Positions 9,462 through 17,674 of a DNA stretch of 32,000 nt are shown in pieces (within the stretch, counting starts at the first letter, position 1; every line of letters begins with the position of its first letter). The stretch lies in contig JAJRVL010000004.1 of assembly GCA_024277355.1 (NCBI GenBank), positions 30,001-62,000 on the forward strand, in the 5' to 3' direction. Under the pieces are notes generated by a model, which saw only the letters and a program-made list of their open reading frames with translations, was not told the origin of the DNA and made no database searches. Made by a program: the position numbers and the translations under genes. The DNA is from an archaeon (lineage in GTDB: Archaea > Iainarchaeota > Iainarchaeia > Iainarchaeales > 1-14-0-10-31-34).

Positions 9462-10169
9462 ATGAAAATAAATTTCAATGAAATATTTACAGCAAAAAGA
9501 ATAATGTTTTTAGCATTATTTTCAGTTCTTGTTTTAGTAGCAAAACAAATTAATTTTTCTGCTTTAATTGGACAAGAAAACCAATTTTTCACTTTATTCC
9601 AGTTTTTTGGCCCAATAGCAGGAAGTTTCCTTGGACCATTTATTGGAGCAGGAGCAGTATTAATTTCCCAGATTACAGACAGCTTATTGTTTGGAAAAGC
9701 ATTTGATTTAATTGGATTAGTAAGATTAACTCCAATGTTATTTGCAGCAGTATATTTTGGATTATATGCAAAAAAGAAATTTAATTTCAGTGCAATAATT
9801 CCTTTAATTGCAATGGCTTTATTTATGCTTCATCCAATAGGACAACAAGTATGGTATTTCAGTTTATTCTGGACAATTCCATTAATTGCATCAATTTTTA
9901 AGAAAAATCTTTTCTTAAGAAGTCTTGGAGCAACATTTACAGCCCATTCAATTGGCGGAGTAGCATGGATTTATTCAGTTCCAATGCCAGCAGAAGCATG
10001 GATTGCATTAATTCCAATAGTAGCAGCTGAAAGAATAGCTTTTGCATTAGGGATAAGTGTTTCTTTTATTGGATTTACAACAGTTTTAGCTAAACTGGAA
10101 AACCACATTCCAACAAGCATTATTTCAATTGACAAAAGATATACAATCAAAAACATGTTAGGCCTTTAA
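9462..10169 (+). CDS. Polytopic membrane protein of unknown function (about 6 TM); candidate vitamin/folate uptake component
   Basis: Hydrophobic throughout. The Gly-rich helix FFGPIAGSFLGPFIGAGAVLISQ is reminiscent of ECF S-component type substrate binders. GGGGTG SD lies upstream. The functional call rests on context only. Confidence 0.45.
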   Translation: MKINFNEIFTAKRIMFLALFSVLVLVAKQINFSALIGQENQFFTLFQFFGPIAGSFLGPFIGAGAVLISQITDSLLFGKAFDLIGLVRLTPMLFAAVYFGLYAKKKFNFSAIIPLIAMALFMLHPIGQQVWYFSLFWTIPLIASIFKKNLFLRSLGATFTAHSIGGVAWIYSVPMPAEAWIALIPIVAAERIAFALGISVSFIGFTTVLAKLENHIPTSIISIDKRYTIKNMLGL

Positions 10170-10204
10170 GGCTTAACATTCTTTTTCTTTTTTCTTTATT
10201 TTTT
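10157..10204 (+). terminator. Hairpin plus T-rich tract at the end of the membrane-protein gene
   Basis: GTTAGGCC-TTTAA-GGCTTAAC (stem with one G-U) overlaps the TAA stop. It is followed by ATTCTTTTTCTTTTTTCTTTATTTTTT. Confidence 0.35.
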
Positions 10205-10278
10205 ATCCAAAACCAATTTAATTACTTTCCTTCTTTTTTTAATTAATAATTTAATTTATTTTTTTGGGGGCCAATTTA

Positions 10279-11508
10279 ATGTATTTAGAAAAAACTGATT
10301 TAGATGTATTTAATGCAATAGAAAACGAAACAAAAAGACAAATGAATGGCTTAGAATTAATTGCTTCAGAAAACTATGTTTCAAAAGCAGTATTAGAAGC
10401 AATGGGTTCCGTTTTAACAAACAAATACAGTGAAGGATACCCTCAAAAAAGATATTACGGCGGAAATGAATTCATTGATGTAATAGAAAACCTTGCAATT
10501 GAAAGAGCAAAAAAATTATTTGGAGCAGAACACGTTAATGTTCAGGCTTACTCTGGAAGTCCTGCAAATCAAGCAGTATTTTTAGCTTTTATGAATTTAG
10601 GAGACAAATTTATGGGCATGAGTTTAGATATGGGAGGTCATTTAACTCACGGCCATAAACTAAGTTTTTCCGGATTACATTACAAAGCAACAGCTTATGG
10701 AATAGACAAAGAAACAGAATTAATTGACTATGAAGAAATAAGAAAAATTGCTTTACAGGAAAAACCAAAAATGATTATTTCCGGTGCATCAGCTTATCCA
10801 AGATTAATTGACTTCAAAAAATTAAAAGAAATAGCAGACGAAGTTAACGCAATATCTTTTGCAGACATAGCTCATATTTCAGGTTTATGCTGTACAGGAT
10901 TACATGAAAACCCAGTTCCATATTTTGATGCAGTAACAACAACAACACATAAAACTTTAAGAGGTCCAAGAGGCGCAATGATTATGTGTAAAGAAGAACA
11001 TGCAAAAGCAATTAATAGAGCAGTTTTTCCTGGATTACAAGGCGGTCCTCATAATCATATTAATGCAGGAAAAGCAGTTGCCTTTAAAGAAGCCTTACAG
11101 CCAGAATTCAAAAATTATGCAGAACAAATAATCAAAAACGCAAAAACTTTAGCTAAATCATTACAAGATTATGGTTTTAGAATTGTTTCAGGCGGAACAG
11201 ACAATCATTTAGTTTTAATTGACTTAACCAAAAAAAATATTTTAGGAAAAGAAGCAGAATCAATTTTAGATGAAGCAGGAATTTACACAAACAAAAACAT
11301 GATTCCTTATGATACAAATTCTCCTTTTAATCCTTCAGGAATAAGGTTGGGGACTCCTGCTTTAACTTCACGAGGCTTTAAAGAAGAAGAAATGAAAATG
11401 GTTGCAGAATGGATTAACAAAATAATAGAAAACAAAACAGATGAATCAATCAGAAAAAAAGTCATGGAAGAAGTCAAAGAATTATGCAAAAACTTCATAA
11501 TATATTGA
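10279..11508 (+). CDS. glyA: Serine hydroxymethyltransferase
   Basis: PLP-Lys motif [13 protein letters not shown], plus SGSPANQAV and GGHLTHG, are present. I prefer the ATG at 10279 (GGGGG 8 nt upstream) over the track's TTG at 10264. Confidence 0.95.
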   Translation: MYLEKTDLDVFNAIENETKRQMNGLELIASENYVSKAVLEAMGSVLTNKYSEGYPQKRYYGGNEFIDVIENLAIERAKKLFGAEHVNVQAYSGSPANQAVFLAFMNLGDKFMGMSLDMGGHLTHGHKLSFSGLHYKATAYGIDKETELIDYEEIRKIALQEKPKMIISGASAYPRLIDFKKLKEIADEVNAISFADIAHISGLCCTGLHENPVPYFDAVTTTTHKTLRGPRGAMIMCKEEHAKAINRAVFPGLQGGPHNHINAGKAVAFKEALQPEFKNYAEQIIKNAKTLAKSLQDYGFRIVSGGTDNHLVLIDLTKKNILGKEAESILDEAGIYTNKNMIPYDTNSPFNPSGIRLGTPALTSRGFKEEEMKMVAEWINKIIENKTDESIRKKVMEEVKELCKNFIIY

Positions 11509-11556
11509 ATTTATGCCTAATATAATCCTTTTAATCTTTTAGTAGGTAAAATATTT

Positions 11557-12411
11557 ATGACTGTAACACTAATTAACGGAAAAAAAATAGCTGAAAAACT
11601 AAAAGCTGAATTAAAACAAAAAATACAAAAAACAGGCTTAAAACCAAAACTTTCACTGATTTTAGTAGGCAATGACCCTGCTTCACAAGTTTATGTCAGA
11701 AAAAAACACGAAGCATGCAATGAAATAGGAATTATTTCAGACCAGCATTTTTTTCCTGAAAATATTAAAGAACAAGAAATACTTGATTTAATTGAAAAAT
11801 TAAACAAAGACCCTTTAGTTTCAGGAATTTTAGTTCAATTACCTTTGCCAAAACAAATTAATGTAAAAAAAGTAGTGAATTTAATTTCCCCTGAAAAAGA
11901 TGTTGATGGATTTCATCCATTAAATATAGGAAAAAGTGAATTAAATGAACAAAGTTTTAAGCCTTGTACTCCATTAGGAATAATGAAATTACTTGAATCA
12001 GTTAAAATTCCATTGCAAGGAAAAAATGTTGTAATAGTCGGTGCAAGCAATATTGTAGGAAAACCTTTAGGAATAATGCTGTTAAATAAAAATGCAACAA
12101 TAACTTACTGTAATAAATACACTAAAGACTTAAAAAAACACACAAAAGAAGCAGACATATTAATTGTTGCTGTAGGCAAACCAAAATTAATTACAAAAGA
12201 CATGATAAAAAAGAATTCAATTATAATTGACGTAGGCACAAACAGATTAGAAAACGGAAAATTAGTCGGAGACGTTGACTTTGAAGAAGCAAAAAAAATT
12301 GCTTTATTTATTACTCCAGTTCCAGGAGGGGTAGGTCCAATGACTGTAACCTGTTTACTGGAAAACACTTTTATTGCAGAAAAAATAAAACAAGGAATAA
12401 AAGAAGAATAA
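11557..12411 (+). CDS. folD: Bifunctional 5,10-methylene-THF dehydrogenase / methenyl-THF cyclohydrolase
   Basis: LVGNDPASQVYVRKK, ILVQLPLP, GASNIVGKP, and PVPGGVGPMTV are present. Confidence 0.95.
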   Translation: MTVTLINGKKIAEKLKAELKQKIQKTGLKPKLSLILVGNDPASQVYVRKKHEACNEIGIISDQHFFPENIKEQEILDLIEKLNKDPLVSGILVQLPLPKQINVKKVVNLISPEKDVDGFHPLNIGKSELNEQSFKPCTPLGIMKLLESVKIPLQGKNVVIVGASNIVGKPLGIMLLNKNATITYCNKYTKDLKKHTKEADILIVAVGKPKLITKDMIKKNSIIIDVGTNRLENGKLVGDVDFEEAKKIALFITPVPGGVGPMTVTCLLENTFIAEKIKQGIKEE

Positions 12412-12455
12412 AAAATTTAAAAAAGAAAAAAAAATTAAAGTTGAGGAAATAAAAA

Positions 12456-13070
12456 ATGAATAAAATTAAAATTGCAGTTTTAGGTTCAACTAAAGGAACA
12501 GATTTTCCTGCAGTATTTAATGCATTAAAAGATTACAACAAAGCAGAAATCTCAGTTGTAATTTCAGATAAAATTGATTCAGGAATCTTAGAAAAAGCAA
12601 AAGAAAAAAAACTTGAAGCACTTTTCATTGATCCAAACAATTTTAATTCAAGAGAAGAATTTGATGCAAAAATTTTAGAAGAATTAAATAAAAGAAAAAT
12701 TAATTTAATTGTTTTAATTGGATACATGAAATTAATTACAGAAAAACTCCTTAATGCATTTGAAAACAAAATAATAAATGTTCATCCTTCTTTACTTCCG
12801 TCTTTTCCCGGCATGAATTTATCTGTTCACAAAGAAGTATTAAATCATGGCTGTAAAACTTCAGGCGTAACAATATTTTTTGTTGATAAAGGAAAAGATT
12901 CAGGACCAATAATTTTACAGAAATCAATTGAAGTATCAGAAAACGAATCAGTTGAATCATTAAAAGAAAAAATCCAGAAAATTGAACAGGAAATTTACCC
13001 TAAAGCAATCAAATTGTACTGCGAAAACAAACTAAAAATTGAAGGAAGAAAAGTAAAAATAATGGAATGA
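12456..13070 (+). CDS. purN: Phosphoribosylglycinamide formyltransferase (folate-dependent)
   Basis: INVHPSLLPSFPG and VDKGKDSGPIILQ are present. Length is 204 aa. Confidence 0.93.
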   Translation: MNKIKIAVLGSTKGTDFPAVFNALKDYNKAEISVVISDKIDSGILEKAKEKKLEALFIDPNNFNSREEFDAKILEELNKRKINLIVLIGYMKLITEKLLNAFENKIINVHPSLLPSFPGMNLSVHKEVLNHGCKTSGVTIFFVDKGKDSGPIILQKSIEVSENESVESLKEKIQKIEQEIYPKAIKLYCENKLKIEGRKVKIME

Positions 13071-13222
13071 AAAAGCAGAAAAACAAAAAAAGAAACAAAA
13101 TAATTGAATAAAAAATAATAAATAAAATAAAAAGAATAAGAAAATTATTAAGAAATTAAAAATAATTAAAGTGAAAAAATGAATAAATTAAATGAATTAA
13201 AATTTGTTTTTGGAGTGATTTA

Positions 13223-14755
13223 ATGAATAAAGTTAAAACAGCATTAATTTCTGTTTCAGACAAAACAGGCATAATTGATTTTGCAAAAGAATTAGAAAAT
13301 TTAGGAATAAAAATTCTTTCAACTGGAGGGACTTTTAAAGCATTACAAAAAGCAGGAATTAAAGTTCAGGAAGTATCAGATTACACTAAATTTCCTGAAA
13401 TAATGAATGGAAGAGTTAAAACACTTCATCCAAAAATTCACGGCGGAATTTTAGCTTTAAGAAACAACGAAAAACATTTAGCTCAAGCAAAAGAAAACAA
13501 AATTGAATTCATTGATTTAGTTGTAATTAATTTATATCCATTTAAAGAAACAATCCAAAAAAATTCTTCTTTTAGTGAATGCATTGAAAACATTGATATT
13601 GGGGGTCCAGCAATGGTTCGTTCAGCAGCAAAAAACCATGAATTTGTCGGAATAATTACTTCTCCTTTACAATACAAAAAAGTTTTAACTGAACTAAAAT
13701 CAAAAGGAGAATTAACCCTTGAATTAAAACAAGAGTTAGCATTAAAAGCATTTGAATTAACTGCTTTTTATGATTCAATGATTTCAAATTACTTAAACAA
13801 ACAATTTAATTCAGGTTTCCCGGAAAAATTATCTTTATCTTTTAAAAAAATTTCTTCTTTAAGATACGGTGAAAACTCTCATCAAAAAGCATCAGTTTAT
13901 TTTGAATTAAACAATAAAGGAACTTTAACTGATATTGAAATATTAAACGGAAAAGAAATGTCTTTTAATAATTATTTTGATGCAGACTCAGCTTTATCTC
14001 TTGCAAAAGAATTTTCTGAACCAGCAGCAGTAATAGTAAAACACGCCAACCCCTGCGGTGCAGCAATTTCAAGTAAATTAGAAGATGCTTTTGAAAAAGC
14101 ATTAGATTCAGACAGGCAGTCAGCTTTTGGCGGAATAATTGCATTAAACAAAAAAGTTAATTTAGCTACCGCAAAAAAAATTACTTCTTTTTTTAATGAA
14201 GTTGTTTTAGCTCCTGATTTTGATTCAAATGCATTACAAGAATTAAAAACAAAAAAAAATCTTAGAGTAATTAAAGTAAATAACTTTAATTCAGAAACAA
14301 AAGGATTTGATTTTAAAAGAATTAAAGGCGGATTACTTTTACAGGAATTTGATGATAAAATAATTTCAGAAAATGAATTAAATTTTGCTTCAATAAAAAA
14401 GCCTTCCAAAGAACAAACAGAAGAATTATTGTTTGCTTGGACTGTAGCAAAATACGTGAAAAGCAATGCAATAGTCATCTCTCAAAACAAAGGAACAATT
14501 GGTTTAGGTATTGGACAAACAAGCAGAGTTAAAGCAGTTAAACAAGCCTTAGAACAAGCAAAAGAAAAAATGGTTAATGCAGTTTTAGCTTCAGATGGAT
14601 TTTTTCCTTTCCCTGATTCAATTGAATTACTTCCAAAAGAAATCACTGCAGTAATCCAGCCCGGCGGCTCCATTAAAGACAAAGAAGTCATTTCAGCTGC
14701 AAACAAAAAAAGAATTCCATTAGTTTTAACCGGAACAAGGCATTTTCGGCACTGA
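13223..14755 (+). CDS. purH: Bifunctional AICAR transformylase / IMP cyclohydrolase
   Basis: MGS-like N-terminus (ALISVSDKTG), KTLHPKIHGGIL, VKHANPCG, and IQPGGSIKD are present. GGAGTGA SD lies upstream. Length is 510 aa. Confidence 0.95.
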   Translation: MNKVKTALISVSDKTGIIDFAKELENLGIKILSTGGTFKALQKAGIKVQEVSDYTKFPEIMNGRVKTLHPKIHGGILALRNNEKHLAQAKENKIEFIDLVVINLYPFKETIQKNSSFSECIENIDIGGPAMVRSAAKNHEFVGIITSPLQYKKVLTELKSKGELTLELKQELALKAFELTAFYDSMISNYLNKQFNSGFPEKLSLSFKKISSLRYGENSHQKASVYFELNNKGTLTDIEILNGKEMSFNNYFDADSALSLAKEFSEPAAVIVKHANPCGAAISSKLEDAFEKALDSDRQSAFGGIIALNKKVNLATAKKITSFFNEVVLAPDFDSNALQELKTKKNLRVIKVNNFNSETKGFDFKRIKGGLLLQEFDDKIISENELNFASIKKPSKEQTEELLFAWTVAKYVKSNAIVISQNKGTIGLGIGQTSRVKAVKQALEQAKEKMVNAVLASDGFFPFPDSIELLPKEITAVIQPGGSIKDKEVISAANKKRIPLVLTGTRHFRH

Positions 14756-14773
14756 ATCTTTTTAGAATTTTTT

Positions 14774-15565
14774 TTATTGCCAGAATCCAATCATTTGATG
14801 TCTTCTTGCTGAACGGAATTGACAAAATATTCCAATTAAAATTACACATAAACTAAAAATCCATAAAATATTATTTAAAACTAATTTGCTTTCTGTTTTA
14901 AATAAAACAATCCCGCTGCTAAAAAGCAGTAATATACCAAACAGAATTATTGTGCCTCCAATAAGCCTTAATCCCCAACAAGCTAAATCTGAACGCAAAT
15001 TAATTGAATCAATAAATTTAAGTATAACAATTGTTCCTGCAAGAGTTAGAAATAATACAATTAAAAATAAAGGCCAATTTACAAAACCTCCAAGCAAAGA
15101 ATCAACTTTAATTTTGTTTAAAATTAAAACTAAAATCACTGCAAGCGTAATATATTTGATTAAACTAAATTTTCTTCTAAACAATTTAATTTTTGCTTTT
15201 CTGAGCAAGTTAATTCTTAAAAGCCAATATTTGTAACTAAACCATAAAGTAATAATTAAAATAATTGTAAAAGCTAAATCAAGGTTGTCTGTAAAAATAA
15301 AAGAATCTTTAAGTTCCCTAATCAACCCTTCTTCAGAATAAATTATTTCAGTTTTTTCAATTACTGGTTTAGGTAACAACATTAAAACTAAAAGTAAAAC
15401 AATTCCAATGGGAGCAATATATTTTCTATATTTAATGTAAAAATTGCTGTTTTTTATTGGAGGTTTTTGTCCGCCTTTTTTTCCATTTATTTTTTTCCAA
15501 TAGCATTTTTTGCATAGTTTATTTTTGAATTTTGTAAAGCCGCTGCACTTTTTACATTTACTCAT
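14774..15565 (-). CDS. Zinc-ribbon (CxxC-x10-CxxC) N-terminal domain fused to a polytopic membrane domain; function unknown
   Basis: Starts MSKCKKCSGFTKFKNKLCKKC, followed by about 6 hydrophobic helices. The start is 15 nt downstream of the HNH gene stop, on the same strand. Confidence 0.6.
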   Translation of the reverse strand: MSKCKKCSGFTKFKNKLCKKCYWKKINGKKGGQKPPIKNSNFYIKYRKYIAPIGIVLLLVLMLLPKPVIEKTEIIYSEEGLIRELKDSFIFTDNLDLAFTIILIITLWFSYKYWLLRINLLRKAKIKLFRRKFSLIKYITLAVILVLILNKIKVDSLLGGFVNWPLFLIVLFLTLAGTIVILKFIDSINLRSDLACWGLRLIGGTIILFGILLLFSSGIVLFKTESKLVLNNILWIFSLCVILIGIFCQFRSARRHQMIGFWQ

Positions 15566-15580
15566 TTTTACTCACTTTTT

Positions 15581-15817
15581 CTACCAAAATCCAAATCTTT
15601 TTTTGTCTTTTTTGTGAGTTGAAGTGTGTTGTTTTTGTGAATTAAAAACCCATAAATTGCTTGGCCTGTTATCTGATTTGTTTCGATTAATATGATGGAC
15701 TCTTTGATTAGAGTATAAGTTTCCGCCAACTTTTTTTGATGCAACCCATCTATGGACAGATTTTCCTGAATCAGAAAACCTTCTATATCCTTTCTTATCC
15801 AAATAAGTGCCTGCCAT
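15581..15817 (-). CDS. Minimal HNH endonuclease (78 aa, phage/homing-type HNH_3-like)
   Basis: GYRRF..SVHRWVA..VHHINRNKSDNRPSNLWVF..QHTSTH gives the His-His / Asn / Asn-Leu / His spacing of the HNH beta-beta-alpha-metal motif. The ATG directly abuts the upstream gene's stop. Confidence 0.75.
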   Translation of the reverse strand: MAGTYLDKKGYRRFSDSGKSVHRWVASKKVGGNLYSNQRVHHINRNKSDNRPSNLWVFNSQKQHTSTHKKDKKRFGFW

Positions 15818-16018
15818 TTATACTCTCTCCTTTTTTGGTACCCATGCGCCTTTTTCTTTTAGAAACATTTCAGCTCCCTTGCACAATTGAAAAGTTACAC
15901 TGACCCCTTCTAATCTCCTATATCTGCTCATTACATCCAACAAGTCTTTTTCAATTCTAATAGTAATCATTTTTGCTTTTCTTTGTCCAACAAATTTGCT
16001 TTTTTTTCTCATGTGCAT
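15818..16018 (-). CDS. Putative ribbon-helix-helix (CopG/Arc-like) DNA-binding protein
   Basis: 66 aa with a basic N-tail, then a beta-strand MITIRI followed by two helices (EKDLLDVMSRYRRLEG; VTFQLCKGAEMFLKEKG). A 20-bp perfect palindrome lies 11 nt upstream. An alternative start exists at 16012. Confidence 0.55.
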   Translation of the reverse strand: MHMRKKSKFVGQRKAKMITIRIEKDLLDVMSRYRRLEGVSVTFQLCKGAEMFLKEKGAWVPKKERV

Positions 16019-16028
16019 TTACAACACC

Positions 16029-16048
16029 ATACTTGTATATACAAGTAT
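16029..16048. promoter_or_regulatory. 20-bp perfect palindrome ATACTTGTATATACAAGTAT with TATA-like core (operator and/or promoter of the RHH-HNH unit)
   Basis: It is its own reverse complement by direct reading. It lies in the 46-bp gap upstream of the RHH gene, flanked by TTTATAAATATA (upstream, minus sense) and GGTG (downstream). Confidence 0.6.
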
Positions 16049-16064
16049 ATATTTATAAATTTAT

Positions 16065-16403
16065 TTATTTTTTAAACAATCTATTAATTTTGTCTATTGT
16101 TTTTTCAAAAATAGATTTTTTTTCTTGTTTTGGTTTTTCAATAAAATCATCAGGTGCGTGAATTTTATGTCTTGCGTGTTTTTTACAAAAATTTTTTTCA
16201 CAAATAAAACAATAATATCCTATGTCTTCTTCTAATAAAATTTTTTTCTTACAAAAGCTGCAAAATATATTGCTATTTGAAATATTATAAGCTGTTTGAA
16301 TTTTAGTTTTATCTTCTTTATTTAATTGAGCAACTCTTCCCTCGTCTTTAATCTCCCACAATCCGCCAGTTTGTCTGATTGAAACAGGTTTATTATTTTT
16401 CAT
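16065..16403 (-). CDS. AN1-like zinc-finger protein
   Basis: C-x2-C-x13-C-x2-C-x4-C-x2-H-x5-H (CSFCKKKILLEEDIGYYCFICEKNFCKKHARHKIH) nearly matches the AN1 consensus spacing. The N-terminal 45 aa have no recognisable domain. Confidence 0.55.
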   Translation of the reverse strand: MKNNKPVSIRQTGGLWEIKDEGRVAQLNKEDKTKIQTAYNISNSNIFCSFCKKKILLEEDIGYYCFICEKNFCKKHARHKIHAPDDFIEKPKQEKKSIFEKTIDKINRLFKK

Positions 16404-16493
16404 AAACTTTAATTATGTTTAAACTTTTATTTACTGTTTCCGGTTTCAAAGCTTGAAAGTTTATTATCTATTTTTAAAAACTTTTTTTATTAA

Positions 16494-17072
16494 CTACTTA
16501 CATTCAATTACTCTTTCTTCAGTAACAATTTTTTGAACTGGAATGTCATGTTTTTCTTTTTTAATTGAATCAGTTATTTGTTCTTCAAAAGCTAAAGCAA
16601 TAACTGGAATTTTTTTTGGAATTCCTTTTAAAAATTTATCATAATAACCTTTGCCAAAACCAATTCTGTTTCCTTTTTCATCAAAAGCAATTCCCGGAAC
16701 AACAATTAAATCTAATTCTTTTTTATTAAAAGGACGAAAAAATTCCGGGGAAGGCTGAAAAATACCTAATTTATTTGCAGTTAATTCTTTTTCAAAATTC
16801 TTTAATTCACTTAAATAAATTTTTGTTTTCTTAAAATCAATTAAAGGAACAATAACTTTTTTCTTTCTTTTAAATAATTCTTTAATAATTTCTCTTGTTC
16901 TTGCTTCAGATTTAAATGACAAATAAATCATTATTTTTTTTGCTCTCCACACATCTTTAACTAAAAAAAAGTTTTCTTTGATTTTATTGCTTTTTTCAAT
17001 TATTTCATTTAATGAAAGTGAATTTCTTTTCAAAACAAACTTTTTTCTCTGCTTTTTCTTCATAATATCCAT
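16494..17072 (-). CDS. 5-formyltetrahydrofolate cyclo-ligase (MTHFS)
   Basis: LIVVPGIAFDEKGNRIGFGKGYYDKFL signature is present. Length is 192 aa. Confidence 0.88.
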   Translation of the reverse strand: MDIMKKKQRKKFVLKRNSLSLNEIIEKSNKIKENFFLVKDVWRAKKIMIYLSFKSEARTREIIKELFKRKKKVIVPLIDFKKTKIYLSELKNFEKELTANKLGIFQPSPEFFRPFNKKELDLIVVPGIAFDEKGNRIGFGKGYYDKFLKGIPKKIPVIALAFEEQITDSIKKEKHDIPVQKIVTEERVIECK

Positions 17073-17125
17073 TAAGAAGCAAACTTTTTTAAGAGGAAAA
17101 TGCCTTTATTTAACAGGATTTTTTT

Positions 17126-17668
17126 ATGGAAGACAAAGAATTAACTGAAAGCATAAGCAAAGCAATGGATTTTAATTTAAGTCAAATATTTAATGAAATA
17201 GATTTAAAGGTAAAAAACATTACTCACACTACTGCTTTAGCAATTAATTCAATTCCATCAAAAAAACAGGAAACAAAAATACTTATTTATTCTGAAGTAA
17301 ATTCAGCTGGAATTAATTCAAAAATCATTTTATCTTTTAATAAACAAAATGCAATGAAAATGGTTGACTTAATTAAAGGAGCAGAATTTGGTACAACAAA
17401 AATTTTATCTTCTATTGAAACAAATGCATTGCAAAGCGTTTCAGAAAACTTATTCAAAGCTTATGTTAATTCACTTAATTCTGTTGCAAAAACCCAATTA
17501 GAATTAAGTTCATTAAATGTATTTTTTTCTTTCAGTGCATTTGAAAATGAATTTTTATCTGAAAACATTTCAGGACAAGGAAGATTTTTTGAATTAGAAG
17601 TAACTGTAGGCGGAACAGACATTAAAGGAGAAATGAAATTTTTTGCTCCAACTCAAATGATTAAGTGA
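17126..17668 (+). CDS. Hypothetical protein with CheC/CheX/FliY-like pattern (degenerate active-site motifs)
   Basis: IETNALQSVSENLFKAYVNSLNSVAKTQLELSSLNVFFSFSAFENEFLSE parallels my memory of the second CheC repeat (SALKEIGNILAGSYLSALS...). The canonical E-x2-N phosphatase motif is not intact. The ORF itself is clean and followed 7 nt later by the next gene. Confidence 0.4.
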   Translation: MEDKELTESISKAMDFNLSQIFNEIDLKVKNITHTTALAINSIPSKKQETKILIYSEVNSAGINSKIILSFNKQNAMKMVDLIKGAEFGTTKILSSIETNALQSVSENLFKAYVNSLNSVAKTQLELSSLNVFFSFSAFENEFLSENISGQGRFFELEVTVGGTDIKGEMKFFAPTQMIK

Positions 17669-17674
17669 TAAAAA

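Noticed and set aside
10264-10278. N-terminal extensions implied by the track's TTG/upstream starts (glyA 10264, 18667, 21973, prs 28601)
   Set aside because: In-frame ATGs a few codons downstream have better SD spacing for glyA, the 18700 gene and prs. They also match the expected N-termini of glyA and prs. Start codons remain unverified.
13179-13223. 14-codon uORF (MNKLNELKFVFGVI) whose TAA overlaps the purH ATG (TAATG) and which starts with the same ATGAATAAA as purH
   Set aside because: It sits in a 150-bp A-rich low-complexity spacer where short ATG...TAA ORFs are expected by chance. It has no RBS of its own. The GGAGTGA it contains is better explained as the purH SD.
13972-14790. 168-aa and 102-aa minus-strand ORFs, plus 13483-13677
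   Set aside because: They are antisense to purH, which has unambiguous motifs.
14886-15236. 116-aa plus-strand ORF
   Set aside because: It is antisense to the zinc-ribbon membrane protein gene. The minus-strand reading gives coherent TM helices and is coupled to the upstream HNH gene.
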